This document shows, one piece after another, positions 10,039 to 18,350 of a stretch of 64,000 bases of DNA. Source of the stretch: an uncultured Eubacteriales bacterium (GTDB lineage Bacteria; Acidobacteriota; Aminicenantia; Aminicenantales; Aminicenantaceae); contig CAYVAT010000013.1 of NCBI GenBank assembly GCA_964449165.1, forward strand, positions 407 through 64,406. The letters are read 5' to 3'. The position numbers and the translations under genes are program-made. The first letter of the stretch is position 1, and every line of letters starts with the position of its first letter. The notes beneath the pieces are model-generated. The model saw only the letters and a program-made list of their open reading frames with translations. It did not search any database and had not been told where the DNA came from.

Positions 10039-11117
10039 AAGAAGGGCATGTAATCAAAGCAGCTGAAGGGACGAGTAAAGCTATAGCCGGGCTTTTAAAG
10101 AGCTCGCTGGAGAAGAAAATCTTTGAGGCTGTGCTTGTGCCAATACGCACAAACGAAGGATATAACTACGTTTTGACGGATAACGCCGACCTTCTGGAAA
10201 GGGCCGAGATAATGCCCCCGGTGATGTCTGTTCAAGGGGGCAAGGTGTTGCAGGCTCTGACTCGGCACGGGAAAAGCAGGAAAATCGCCGCCGTAATGCG
10301 GATGTGCGAAATACGGGCTGCTGTAGAGCTTTCCAAGTTGGAGCAGACGGATTTGGAGAACGTTTTCTTTATCAGTGTGGATTGTAATGGCGTAACACCT
10401 CTCTCCGATTACCTGGAAGATCCGTCCAGCGCCGGCACGAAGCTCCGGCCACTTTGCGAAATCTGTACGTCATTCAGTGTTGTTGGAGATAAACAGGCCC
10501 AGGATGTTGATATACACGCTGCAACCATGGGTGTAGATGAAGGAGAAGTGTTGTTTATTCCCATGAGCGATGACGGTGAAAGTGTGCTGGAGAAACTGGC
10601 CATTGATAAGAAAAAAGACGCCGGGAAATGGGTAAAGGAAACAGAGAAGTTGCAGAAGCAGCGTATAGCCGCCAGGGAAAAAGCTCTGAAAGAAACAAAG
10701 GAAATGGTAAAAGGACTGAACGGTTTGCTGGAGGTGTTCAGCCGGTGCATAGAATGTCACAACTGCCGCAGTGTATGCCCGATATGCTATTGTCGGCTCT
10801 GCTTTTCTGATAAGGATACTTTCCGGGAAACAGGCGCGGAATATCTTGATCGTGTGCAGGCCCAAGGGGTGATGAAGTGTACAGATGACCTTCTGCAGTT
10901 CCATTTGGGCCGGATGTCGCACATGAGCTTATCGTGCGTGTCCTGCGGAATGTGTGAAGATGTGTGCCCGGTGGACATACCGGTTGGACAAGTATTCAGC
11001 GCCGTAGCCGAGAAAACTCAGGCGATATTTGACTATTTTGCGGGTAAAAGTTCTGATGAGGAACAGCCGCTCAGGACATTCGAGCTGGGTGAATTGGTTG
11101 AAGTAGAGGACAAATGA
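10035..11117 (+). CDS. FrhB/FdhB/FpoF-family protein (coenzyme F420 hydrogenase/dehydrogenase beta-subunit-like flavo-Fe-S protein), paralog 1
   Basis: RMCEIRAAVEL corresponds to the FrhB motif GTPCQIQAVR. C-terminal CIECHNCRSVCPICYC and CVSCGMCEDVCP. The start ATG at 10035 overlaps the previous stop (ATGA); the ORF-track Met at 9939 lies inside the upstream gene. Confidence 0.65.
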   Translation: MKEGHVIKAAEGTSKAIAGLLKSSLEKKIFEAVLVPIRTNEGYNYVLTDNADLLERAEIMPPVMSVQGGKVLQALTRHGKSRKIAAVMRMCEIRAAVELSKLEQTDLENVFFISVDCNGVTPLSDYLEDPSSAGTKLRPLCEICTSFSVVGDKQAQDVDIHAATMGVDEGEVLFIPMSDDGESVLEKLAIDKKKDAGKWVKETEKLQKQRIAAREKALKETKEMVKGLNGLLEVFSRCIECHNCRSVCPICYCRLCFSDKDTFRETGAEYLDRVQAQGVMKCTDDLLQFHLGRMSHMSLSCVSCGMCEDVCPVDIPVGQVFSAVAEKTQAIFDYFAGKSSDEEQPLRTFELGELVEVEDK

Positions 11118-11155
11118 ATGGTCTGTGACCGGCCGCGCATGCTTGGAGACTTGAA

Positions 11156-12265
11156 ATGACTAAGATGTTGAAAATAGATAAAGCGATTTCAGACGGGACC
11201 AGAGATTTTCTGCGCTATCTTCTGGACAGCAAGAACGTGCGTAGTGTGGCAGTGCTGAGGAGAGATAGGACGTCTGGCTGGGTCAGCTACAGCCTGATCT
11301 CTGATCCGGAAAAGATAGAGGAAGCGGTCCCTTTTTCTCCGGTCATGCCATACAACGCGGGTGAGTATCTCTCTCGCCTCACATCCAAGGGACCGTTCGA
11401 TAAGCCTGTTGCGGTGGTATTGCGTCCATGCGAACAGCGAGCGTTTGTGGAGCTTGTAAAACGACAGCAGGGCAGTTTGGACAATATCATAACAATCAGT
11501 TCGGTTTGTCCGGGAGTTTATCCTTTGAAAACATTTGTTCGTGAGAACGAGGACAAGCTGTTTAAGGATTACTGGTCGGTGGTAGCTGATGGAAAACAAC
11601 CTGAGGGGATCCGGGACACGTGTTCGTTCTGTGAGCATTTTGTTCCGGCTGAAGCCGACATTGTCATACCCATAGCAGGCGAGAAGGATACGGGCAAAGA
11701 ATGCAAATTGTTCGCGAATACCGAAAAGGGAGCTGAACTACTGAAGGGGATAGATGGGAAAATACAGGAATCTGAACTGGAGACAAAAGGAACCGAAGCT
11801 ATCCGGCAGTTGCGGAAGGAAAACGAAGAAAAGATGCTGGCCGATCTGGGGAAAAAGTTATCGGGATTAGATGGGCTGGTAGAAATGTTCAGTACGTGCA
11901 TTGGCTGTCATGGATGTCGGTCGGTTTGCCCGATTTGTTACTGCCGCTTATGTGAATTTGATTCTTCTCGAAGTGAATACGAGGCACGAAAATATGAAAT
12001 CGAACTGCGCAAGAAGGGGGGCGTAAGAATACCCCCGGGCTCCATAGCCTTTCAGATAGGTCGGATGATCCATATAGGCCTTTCCTGTGTGAGCTGCGGG
12101 ATGTGTAGCGACGTGTGTCCCGCCGATATCCCGGTTGCAAATATTTTCAGGAAAGCGGGAAAGGCGGTCCAGGATGTGTTCGAATACATTCCTGGAAAGG
12201 ACCTTGAGGATAGTATCCCTGTCACGACATTTGAAGAAGAGGAATTGAGAAGTGTTGAGGATTAA
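11156..12265 (+). CDS. FrhB/FdhB/FpoF-family protein, paralog 2
   Basis: RPCEQRAFVELVK; CIGCHGCRSVCPICYCRLC; CVSCGMCSDVCPADIP. It aligns with paralog 1 throughout. Confidence 0.65.
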   Translation: MTKMLKIDKAISDGTRDFLRYLLDSKNVRSVAVLRRDRTSGWVSYSLISDPEKIEEAVPFSPVMPYNAGEYLSRLTSKGPFDKPVAVVLRPCEQRAFVELVKRQQGSLDNIITISSVCPGVYPLKTFVRENEDKLFKDYWSVVADGKQPEGIRDTCSFCEHFVPAEADIVIPIAGEKDTGKECKLFANTEKGAELLKGIDGKIQESELETKGTEAIRQLRKENEEKMLADLGKKLSGLDGLVEMFSTCIGCHGCRSVCPICYCRLCEFDSSRSEYEARKYEIELRKKGGVRIPPGSIAFQIGRMIHIGLSCVSCGMCSDVCPADIPVANIFRKAGKAVQDVFEYIPGKDLEDSIPVTTFEEEELRSVED

Positions 12266-12729
12266 GAGGGTGGTGAATCAGATTTTATTATCTTTGTTAT
12301 TTCATCTACAATTCCCGGAATTTTACTTTTTACCCCAGGAGTACATTCCTCGCCAAACGTAGTATTATCTTCTATTTCTATTGCATAAATTTCAATAATT
12401 TGAGGTATTTTATATCCCAGCTTCCTTCCGAGTTCAATTGCAGTTCTAATATTCACTCCATGTGAGTATGATGGAGTTGAAAAAGTGCCTATATCTTCCA
12501 GGTTTAGTTTGTAAAGGGTGCCAGGTGTTTCTTTTTCTGTTTTTATGGAGTCGATGATGATAAGTCTCTCGTATTCACCAATATAGTCAAGCAGTGAAAT
12601 TCCCGCCAGACTTGTTTTTATCACTTCAATATCAGGAAGGGAAAGTTTCTCTATCTCATTTGCCACACAGATGCCTACCGAATCATCTGTCAGAATTGGG
12701 TTTCCAACTCCCAATATAAGAGTTTCCAT
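12262..12729 (-). CDS. [NiFe] hydrogenase maturation endopeptidase (HycI/HybD/FrhD family)
   Basis: ILGVGNPILTDDSVGICVANEI...IIIDS is typical of hydrogenase C-terminal processing proteases. It sits directly downstream of the large subunit. Confidence 0.8.
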   Translation of the reverse strand: METLILGVGNPILTDDSVGICVANEIEKLSLPDIEVIKTSLAGISLLDYIGEYERLIIIDSIKTEKETPGTLYKLNLEDIGTFSTPSYSHGVNIRTAIELGRKLGYKIPQIIEIYAIEIEDNTTFGEECTPGVKSKIPGIVDEITKIIKSDSPPS

Positions 12730-12786
12730 TTTTGAAGACGGGAAATATCAATCCACAGTAATGAGCGTGAAGAGATCGAAATATTT

Positions 12787-14250
12787 TTACGACCTTCTGA
12801 TAGTGTCTATTATATTCGCTTTATGATCTCTAATGTTGACTTCGAGAGGCATATGCCCGGGCAGTGAATGAGTAGCACAGGCAAGGCAAGGGTCATATGC
12901 ACGGAATGCCATTTCTACCATGTTAAGTAATCCCTCAGATACCTTTCCCTCCTTTATGAGCCCTTTTGCCGCTTTCTCTATTGACATACATATCGAAGCA
13001 GCATTGTTAACTGTAGCAACAATTAAATTGACGTCTGTAAGAACACCTTTATCGTCTGTCTTGTAATGATGATAGAGAGTACCTCTTGGTGCTTCTACTA
13101 CGCCAATCCCTTCATCAGGAACAGCGGTTGGGATACTTCTAACATCGGGGTCGAGAATTTCCTCGTCCTGGGCTAACTCCAAAAGCCTTTCAGCTGCATA
13201 GAGAAGCTCCACTAGCCTTGCCCAATGATAGGCAAGAGTGTTGTGTGCTGGCTTACCACCCAAGATATTATACATTTTTTCATATTCTACTTGAGCCAGT
13301 GGCGTTGCCATACCATCGGACGCATTGAGTCTTGCAAGAGGAGCTACTCGATAAACTCCGCTGTCCTTTCCATCAACGAATCCCTTCCAGCCGACACCTT
13401 TAAGATATGGAAATTTTATGTAGCTCCACGGCTCAACATGCTCCTCAATATGATTCAGATACTCCCGAGACTTAAACTTGGCAAACTCCTTACCTTCAGG
13501 GTCAACTACTCTAATATCTCCGTCATAAAAATTGACTTTATTGTTCTCATCAACAAGTCCCATATAATATGTTTTGTGTTTGTAAATATCTCCCACAATG
13601 ACATCTACATACTCTTTGTTTTTGAGAACAATGTCTTCAAAAGCTTTCAAAGCGAATTTGGCAAATTCTATCGCATCTTTCCCTATTTGGATATATTCTT
13701 CTCTATCTTCTTTGGTAACCCCCTTGGATACACCCCCAGGAAGATTACATACGGGGTGAATAACCCTGCCTCCCTGCTTTGTAATGATGTTGCGCAGCCG
13801 CTTTCTGATATCTATAACCTTCTTGCCCGCGTCAAGACCAACTTTCTGAATGACTCCCAAAATATTCCTCTCTCCTGCGGGTGCCTGTGGTCCAACAACA
13901 AAATCAGGTCCCCCAAGGAAGAAGAAGTGGAGAGTATGGTCTTCAGCCATGAAAGCAGAATTAATAAGCTCTCTTATCTTCTTGGCCGGTGACGGAGGGG
14001 TTACATGGAACAAATCATCAAGCGCCTTGCCAGATGCCATATGATGGGTAGTGGGACATACGCCACATATCTTGGGAGTGATTCTCGGCATTTCCTCTGC
14101 CATGCGTCCTTCAGAAAATTTCTCAAATCCCCTCAGCTCAGGAACTTGAAAAAAAGCCTTCTCCACATTTCCCTCGTTATTAAGAAATATTTCTATCTTC
14201 CCATGACCTTCAAGCCTTGTTATTGGGTCTATCGTTATTCTTTTTGCCAT
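12787..14250 (-). CDS. mvhA: [NiFe] hydrogenase large subunit, Mvh/group-3c-like
   Basis: N-terminal RLEGHGKIEI and PKICGVCPTTHH; C-terminal DPCLACATHSLPGH (the Ni-Fe ligating CxxC pair); RBS AGGGAGA. Confidence 0.85.
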   Translation of the reverse strand: MAKRITIDPITRLEGHGKIEIFLNNEGNVEKAFFQVPELRGFEKFSEGRMAEEMPRITPKICGVCPTTHHMASGKALDDLFHVTPPSPAKKIRELINSAFMAEDHTLHFFFLGGPDFVVGPQAPAGERNILGVIQKVGLDAGKKVIDIRKRLRNIITKQGGRVIHPVCNLPGGVSKGVTKEDREEYIQIGKDAIEFAKFALKAFEDIVLKNKEYVDVIVGDIYKHKTYYMGLVDENNKVNFYDGDIRVVDPEGKEFAKFKSREYLNHIEEHVEPWSYIKFPYLKGVGWKGFVDGKDSGVYRVAPLARLNASDGMATPLAQVEYEKMYNILGGKPAHNTLAYHWARLVELLYAAERLLELAQDEEILDPDVRSIPTAVPDEGIGVVEAPRGTLYHHYKTDDKGVLTDVNLIVATVNNAASICMSIEKAAKGLIKEGKVSEGLLNMVEMAFRAYDPCLACATHSLPGHMPLEVNIRDHKANIIDTIRRS

Positions 14251-14329
14251 TTTATCTCCCTTTTCCTCAAAGTGATGTAAATTGTCTTATAAACTTAACA
14301 AACAATAAAAAATTGCTCCAAGCATTCAT

Positions 14330-15310
14330 CTATGCCATTCTCTTCCTTTTTAACAGCGAAGAAGGCAAACTATACATATAGAAAAGACCTGCCGGATCTA
14401 CTATCTGGTCGATTAACTTCTTCGTGTCTTCCTCTGTCATCTTCTCTTCTTCTTCCACGCCTATTATGGATGCAATTGCTGATAATCCTTTTGCCCCCTG
14501 GTCTACTACTTCCTTTGTCGGTCCAAAACATCCGCGACACGGCATATTTGCATTTATGCATCTCTCACCACAGCCGCTCCTGGTTACAGGGCCTAAGCAG
14601 ATAAGCCCTTCTTCTAAAAAACACTTCTCAGGGTCTGGTATTATCTCGTAGGGTCTCTTTATTTCCTTTATTGAGAGTTTATCCGGTTTTGTCTCTCCAC
14701 GTGGGCAAGTTTCACACAAGGATTTATCAGGTGCGAGAACTGCTCCCTTTTCGGGAAGCTTACCTTCCAATATAGCTGTTACCGCATTCATAATTAAATC
14801 TGGTGGCGGTGCACATCCAGGAAGATAATAATCAACATCGATTGTCTGGTCCAGTGTCTTGACTGTATCATAGAACTCAGGAAGCGTAAGCTCACCCTCA
14901 GGAATATTTGTTTTTTGTTGTGGCACTATCCCATTGGGGTTTGCTATAGAGGGTACTGTCTTGTAAACCCTCGTGAAAATTGTTTCCCTATTCCAAAAAT
15001 TTGCAAGCCCTGGTATTCCACCTAAATGAGAACAGGACCCAAACGCGACTACAAGCCCAGATTTCTTTCTCAATAGTTTCACCATCTCTTCCTGTTCTTC
15101 TGTTCTAATAGCACCGTTTATGAAACTCACTGCTATTTCTCCATCGCCCATCGCCTCCACATCCTTTTTCTTAAAGTCCAGTGCGACTGGCCAGAACGCT
15201 ATATCCACTGCCTCCACTACTTTTAATATATCCTCATTAAGGTCGACAATAGCTTCCTCACATCCACCACATGAAGCGCACCAATAAAATGCTACTTTTG
15301 GTTTAGCCAT
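14330..15310 (-). CDS. mvhG: [NiFe] hydrogenase small subunit, Mvh/group-3c-like
   Basis: VAFYWCASCGGCEE at the N-terminus (proximal cluster), with further Cys motifs. RBS AGGAGG. Positioned between mvhD and mvhA. Confidence 0.8.
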   Translation of the reverse strand: MAKPKVAFYWCASCGGCEEAIVDLNEDILKVVEAVDIAFWPVALDFKKKDVEAMGDGEIAVSFINGAIRTEEQEEMVKLLRKKSGLVVAFGSCSHLGGIPGLANFWNRETIFTRVYKTVPSIANPNGIVPQQKTNIPEGELTLPEFYDTVKTLDQTIDVDYYLPGCAPPPDLIMNAVTAILEGKLPEKGAVLAPDKSLCETCPRGETKPDKLSIKEIKRPYEIIPDPEKCFLEEGLICLGPVTRSGCGERCINANMPCRGCFGPTKEVVDQGAKGLSAIASIIGVEEEEKMTEEDTKKLIDQIVDPAGLFYMYSLPSSLLKRKRMA

Positions 15311-15348
15311 AATTGCCTCCTTCTAAAATAGACATCATTTCTACTTAT

Positions 15349-15750
15349 TTAGGATAATTCTAGGGGACCTAAATTTTTTACAGTTTCTGCCATTTCATTT
15401 GCTACTTTTGCAAATCTCTCTCCTTCGCCTGCTGCAACCCAGTCCAATCTAACTCTTTCTTCTTCAATCCCCAGCTGCTTCAGGGTATTCTTCAAAAGAT
15501 GTGCTCTCCGAAGTGCCTTATAGTTTCCTGTTTTGTAATGGCAGTCCCCGGGATGGCATCCTAAAATTAACACTCCGCTTGCGCCCTCTTTTAATGCTTG
15601 TATCACAAGCTCTGGATCTACACGACCGCTGCACATAACCCGAACGATTCTTACATTCGCAGGATAATTCAATCGTGCGCCCCCAGCCTTATCTGCTCCT
15701 TCGTATGAACACCAATTACATAGAAAACTAACGATTGTTGGCTCATTCAT
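15349..15750 (-). CDS. mvhD: MvhD ([2Fe-2S] subunit linking hydrogenase and HdrA)
   Basis: TIVSFLCNWCSYEGADKAG...RVMCSGRVDP...GCHPGDCHY; RBS AAGGGGG; 4-nt overlap with the hdrA stop. Confidence 0.8.
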   Translation of the reverse strand: MNEPTIVSFLCNWCSYEGADKAGGARLNYPANVRIVRVMCSGRVDPELVIQALKEGASGVLILGCHPGDCHYKTGNYKALRRAHLLKNTLKQLGIEEERVRLDWVAAGEGERFAKVANEMAETVKNLGPLELS

Positions 15751-17669
15751 CTTACTACCCCCTTAATTTCAGCAAATATTTGCTCCTTTGTGAAGTGCTT
15801 TGCTCTCGCTGCACCCGACGGACAGGCTGATACACAAGTTCCACACCCTCTACAAAGAGTCTCATCTACAACTGCAATCTTTTTTTCTACATCCCGAGAT
15901 ATGGCAGAGTATGGACATAGAACAATACATACGTTACAGCCACTGCATAAATCTTCACTTATCTCTGATACCTTTGCTTCTAACTCAAGTTTTTCACCAG
16001 GTATAAGTCTTGAAAGTATTCTTCCTGCAGCGGCTCCTCCTTGAGCCACTGCATCTCCAATATCCTTTGGTCCCTGACAGCTCCCTACTGCAAAAACGCC
16101 TTCAAGTGCTGTAGCAAAAGGCTTCATCAATGTGTGCTCCTCAGCAAAAAAGCCCTGGTCATCTCTGGCTATATCAAGGAGTTCGGCTATTTTTTCAGTA
16201 TCTTCGTTAGGCTCAACTGCAGGTGCAAGTACTACCATATCTACGGATATCTCTTTTCCATTTGTTCCCACTTTTATTTTTTCTCCTTCATCAGTAACAG
16301 TCACATCCTCTCCACTTCTTATAAACTCTATACCTTTCTCCACAGCCTTCTTATGCATCATTTGATGTTCTTTCTTCGGAAGACATAGGTCAGTATAGAA
16401 GTGATGCATCTTTACCGCGGGCAATTTTTCTTTCATAAGATGGGCCAAGGTGAGTGAATACATACAGCATATGCCTGAGCAATAGCCCTTCTCTTTCCTG
16501 CCAACACAGTGAATGAAAGCTATGGATTTTGGCTCCTTCCCGTTCTTTAATTGAATCTTCCCTCCTGTTGGTCCATTTGAGGCATTCAACCTCTCTAATT
16601 GCATGGCTGTTAATACATTGTCATATTTTCCATATCCATATTGAGGAAGTTCTTTGGGATCAAAAAGTGCAGAGCCCGTAGCTAAAATAATTGCACCTAC
16701 GTTCTTCTCAATTGTCTTGTCCTCGTCATCATAATTAATGGCGTCAAAGGAACAACTTTCTTTGCAGATGCTGCATTCCTCTCCCTTGAATCTCTTGCAG
16801 TTATTCTTATCTATGACAGGCACATTAGGAAGACCACCAGCGAACGGAATATATATTGCTTTCCGGGATGACAATCCCTCATCATATTCATTGGGCACTT
16901 CCACAGGACACGGCTCAAAACATGCATCACATCCAATGCAGGCTTCTTCGTTTACGTATCGGGCTTTCTTCTTAACCTTGACAGTGAAATTCCCAAACGA
17001 CCCAACAACTTCCTCTAGCTCGCTATAAGTGAATGCTTCTATATTCTCTTTTTGAAGGACTTCTTGCAGTTCAGGTGCTATCATGCAAGGTGCACACTCC
17101 AAAGTTGGGTAAACTTCTTCAAATCTTGCTGTAAGCCCACCAATACAGGGGCTCTTTTCCACGAGATAGACCTTCCTGCCCTTCTGTGCGAGTGATAGAC
17201 ATGCCTCTAATCCAGCTACCCCTCCCCCTACTACTAGAACATCAGGCTGAATATCAATTTCCTTTTTCTCTATAGGTTCTTGTAAAGAAGTCCTGTTTAT
17301 TGCAGCTATAACAAGACTTTTTGCTTTTTCAGTTGCAGCAGATTTTTCAGCGGTAACCCAGGCACACTGCTCCCTTATGTTCGTCATCTGCATAAGATAA
17401 GGATTCAGCCCTGCTTCCTCACAAGCCCTCATAAATTTAATCTCGTACTGCTTTGGAGTGCAGGCAGCAATCACAACTCTTGAAAGCTTCTCATTCTTTA
17501 TTTCTTCTTTGAGAAATTTTAGCCCTTCTACTGAACACAGGAGATTATGACTCTTTGCCACTGCTACATCCTCGATGCCCTTTACTTCATTGGCAATAGC
17601 ATCTACATCTACCTTGTCTCCTATGTTTGGTCCACATTTACACACATATACGCCTATCTTTTCAGCCAT
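15747..17669 (-). CDS. hdrA: Heterodisulfide-reductase subunit A-like flavoprotein, canonical full-length HdrA architecture
   Basis: IGVYVCKCGPNIG, VLVVGGGVAGLEACL, inserted ferredoxin CIGCDACFEPCP/CSICKESC, IHCVGRKEKGYCSGICCMY, C-terminal CSGCNVCIVLCP/CRGCGTCVSACPSG; RBS AAGGAGG. Confidence 0.85.
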   Translation of the reverse strand: MAEKIGVYVCKCGPNIGDKVDVDAIANEVKGIEDVAVAKSHNLLCSVEGLKFLKEEIKNEKLSRVVIAACTPKQYEIKFMRACEEAGLNPYLMQMTNIREQCAWVTAEKSAATEKAKSLVIAAINRTSLQEPIEKKEIDIQPDVLVVGGGVAGLEACLSLAQKGRKVYLVEKSPCIGGLTARFEEVYPTLECAPCMIAPELQEVLQKENIEAFTYSELEEVVGSFGNFTVKVKKKARYVNEEACIGCDACFEPCPVEVPNEYDEGLSSRKAIYIPFAGGLPNVPVIDKNNCKRFKGEECSICKESCSFDAINYDDEDKTIEKNVGAIILATGSALFDPKELPQYGYGKYDNVLTAMQLERLNASNGPTGGKIQLKNGKEPKSIAFIHCVGRKEKGYCSGICCMYSLTLAHLMKEKLPAVKMHHFYTDLCLPKKEHQMMHKKAVEKGIEFIRSGEDVTVTDEGEKIKVGTNGKEISVDMVVLAPAVEPNEDTEKIAELLDIARDDQGFFAEEHTLMKPFATALEGVFAVGSCQGPKDIGDAVAQGGAAAGRILSRLIPGEKLELEAKVSEISEDLCSGCNVCIVLCPYSAISRDVEKKIAVVDETLCRGCGTCVSACPSGAARAKHFTKEQIFAEIKGVVR

Positions 17670-17733
17670 CGTTCCTCCTTATTATTTGAATTTTGACACT
17701 CCTCAATTGCGGCCATCTTCTGTATTTAATTAT

Positions 17734-17755
17734 CTTGATAATTAGATATATCAAG
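17734..17755. promoter_or_regulatory. Inverted repeat CTTGATA-N8-TATCAAG between the ArsR-family gene and hdrA; candidate operator
   Basis: A perfect 7-nt inverted repeat, read directly, about 65-85 nt upstream of the hdrA start codon and immediately downstream of the ArsR-family gene. Confidence 0.4.
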
Positions 17756-17763
17756 GGGAATAA

Positions 17764-18042
17764 TTATCTTTTTAATATTTGTAAGATTTTAACAACACGC
17801 TTATCAATAACTTTATAACATACTTCTACTCCCTTTTTGCTTCCATCAATTATACCTCTGTTCCTTAATATCTGAAGGTGCTGAGAAATTGTAGGTTGAG
17901 GAATGCCTAATATTTTCTGTATTGAACTAACGCTACATCCTTCATTGTGGAGTCCTAATAATAGCAGCTCTATTATTTGCAGACGTACAGGGTGAGCGAA
18001 TGCTTTCAAGAGCTCACTTTCATCCTTGTATTTATATTGCAT
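17764..18042 (-). CDS. ArsR/SmtB-family transcriptional regulator
   Basis: 92 aa; HPVRLQIIELLL...SVSSIQKILGIPQPTISQHLQILRNRGII is a winged-helix ArsR signature. Confidence 0.8.
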   Translation of the reverse strand: MQYKYKDESELLKAFAHPVRLQIIELLLLGLHNEGCSVSSIQKILGIPQPTISQHLQILRNRGIIDGSKKGVEVCYKVIDKRVVKILQILKR

Positions 18043-18350
18043 TTGTGGAAAGAACCATTATTTGACAGAGTATAATAACATAGTGAAACTTCTGCGTCTT
18101 ATATGCATCATTTCTTTTAACCGCATATTTAAATATATAAATAATGCAGTGTCAAGGGAAAAAATAATACATATGGGATTGTGTTATTTGTGAATCTAAA
18201 AAAGAGGTCCAGGATATGATGCGGAAATTCAAAAATGCTGGCTTTGAAGAAGAATTTATGAACCTAATGTTATATATCCCGTTTCTTAAAAAACAGGGGT
18301 AATACTTCCTCGGAAGTAAAAATCTTTACTAAAGAATTTGTTATTATATA

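Noticed and set aside
12262-12265. Overlap of the stop codons of the convergent FrhB-like gene and the protease gene.
   Set aside because: Compact genome packing produces such overlaps often; it is noted only as evidence that the two redox loci abut.
12787-17669. I looked for selenocysteine-type in-frame TGA codons in the hydrogenase large subunit and HdrA, as occur in Vhu/HdrA of some methanogens.
   Set aside because: All four HdrA-type ORFs and mvhA are uninterrupted, with Cys at the relevant positions (DPCLACATH; GYCSGICC). There is no Sec recoding here.
17701-17717. Possible sigma-54-like element TGGCCGCAATTGAGG upstream of hdrA on the minus strand.
   Set aside because: The GG-to-GC spacing is off by 2 nt and the -12 element is TTGA rather than TTGC, so it is too degenerate to call.
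18216-18302. 28-codon ORF (MMRKFKNAGFEEEFMNLMLYIPFLKKQG) with an AGAGG RBS in the arsR/kinase divergent intergenic region.
   Set aside because: It is short and AT-rich. No conservation can be assessed from this window, so it could be a chance ORF, though it might be a leader peptide.
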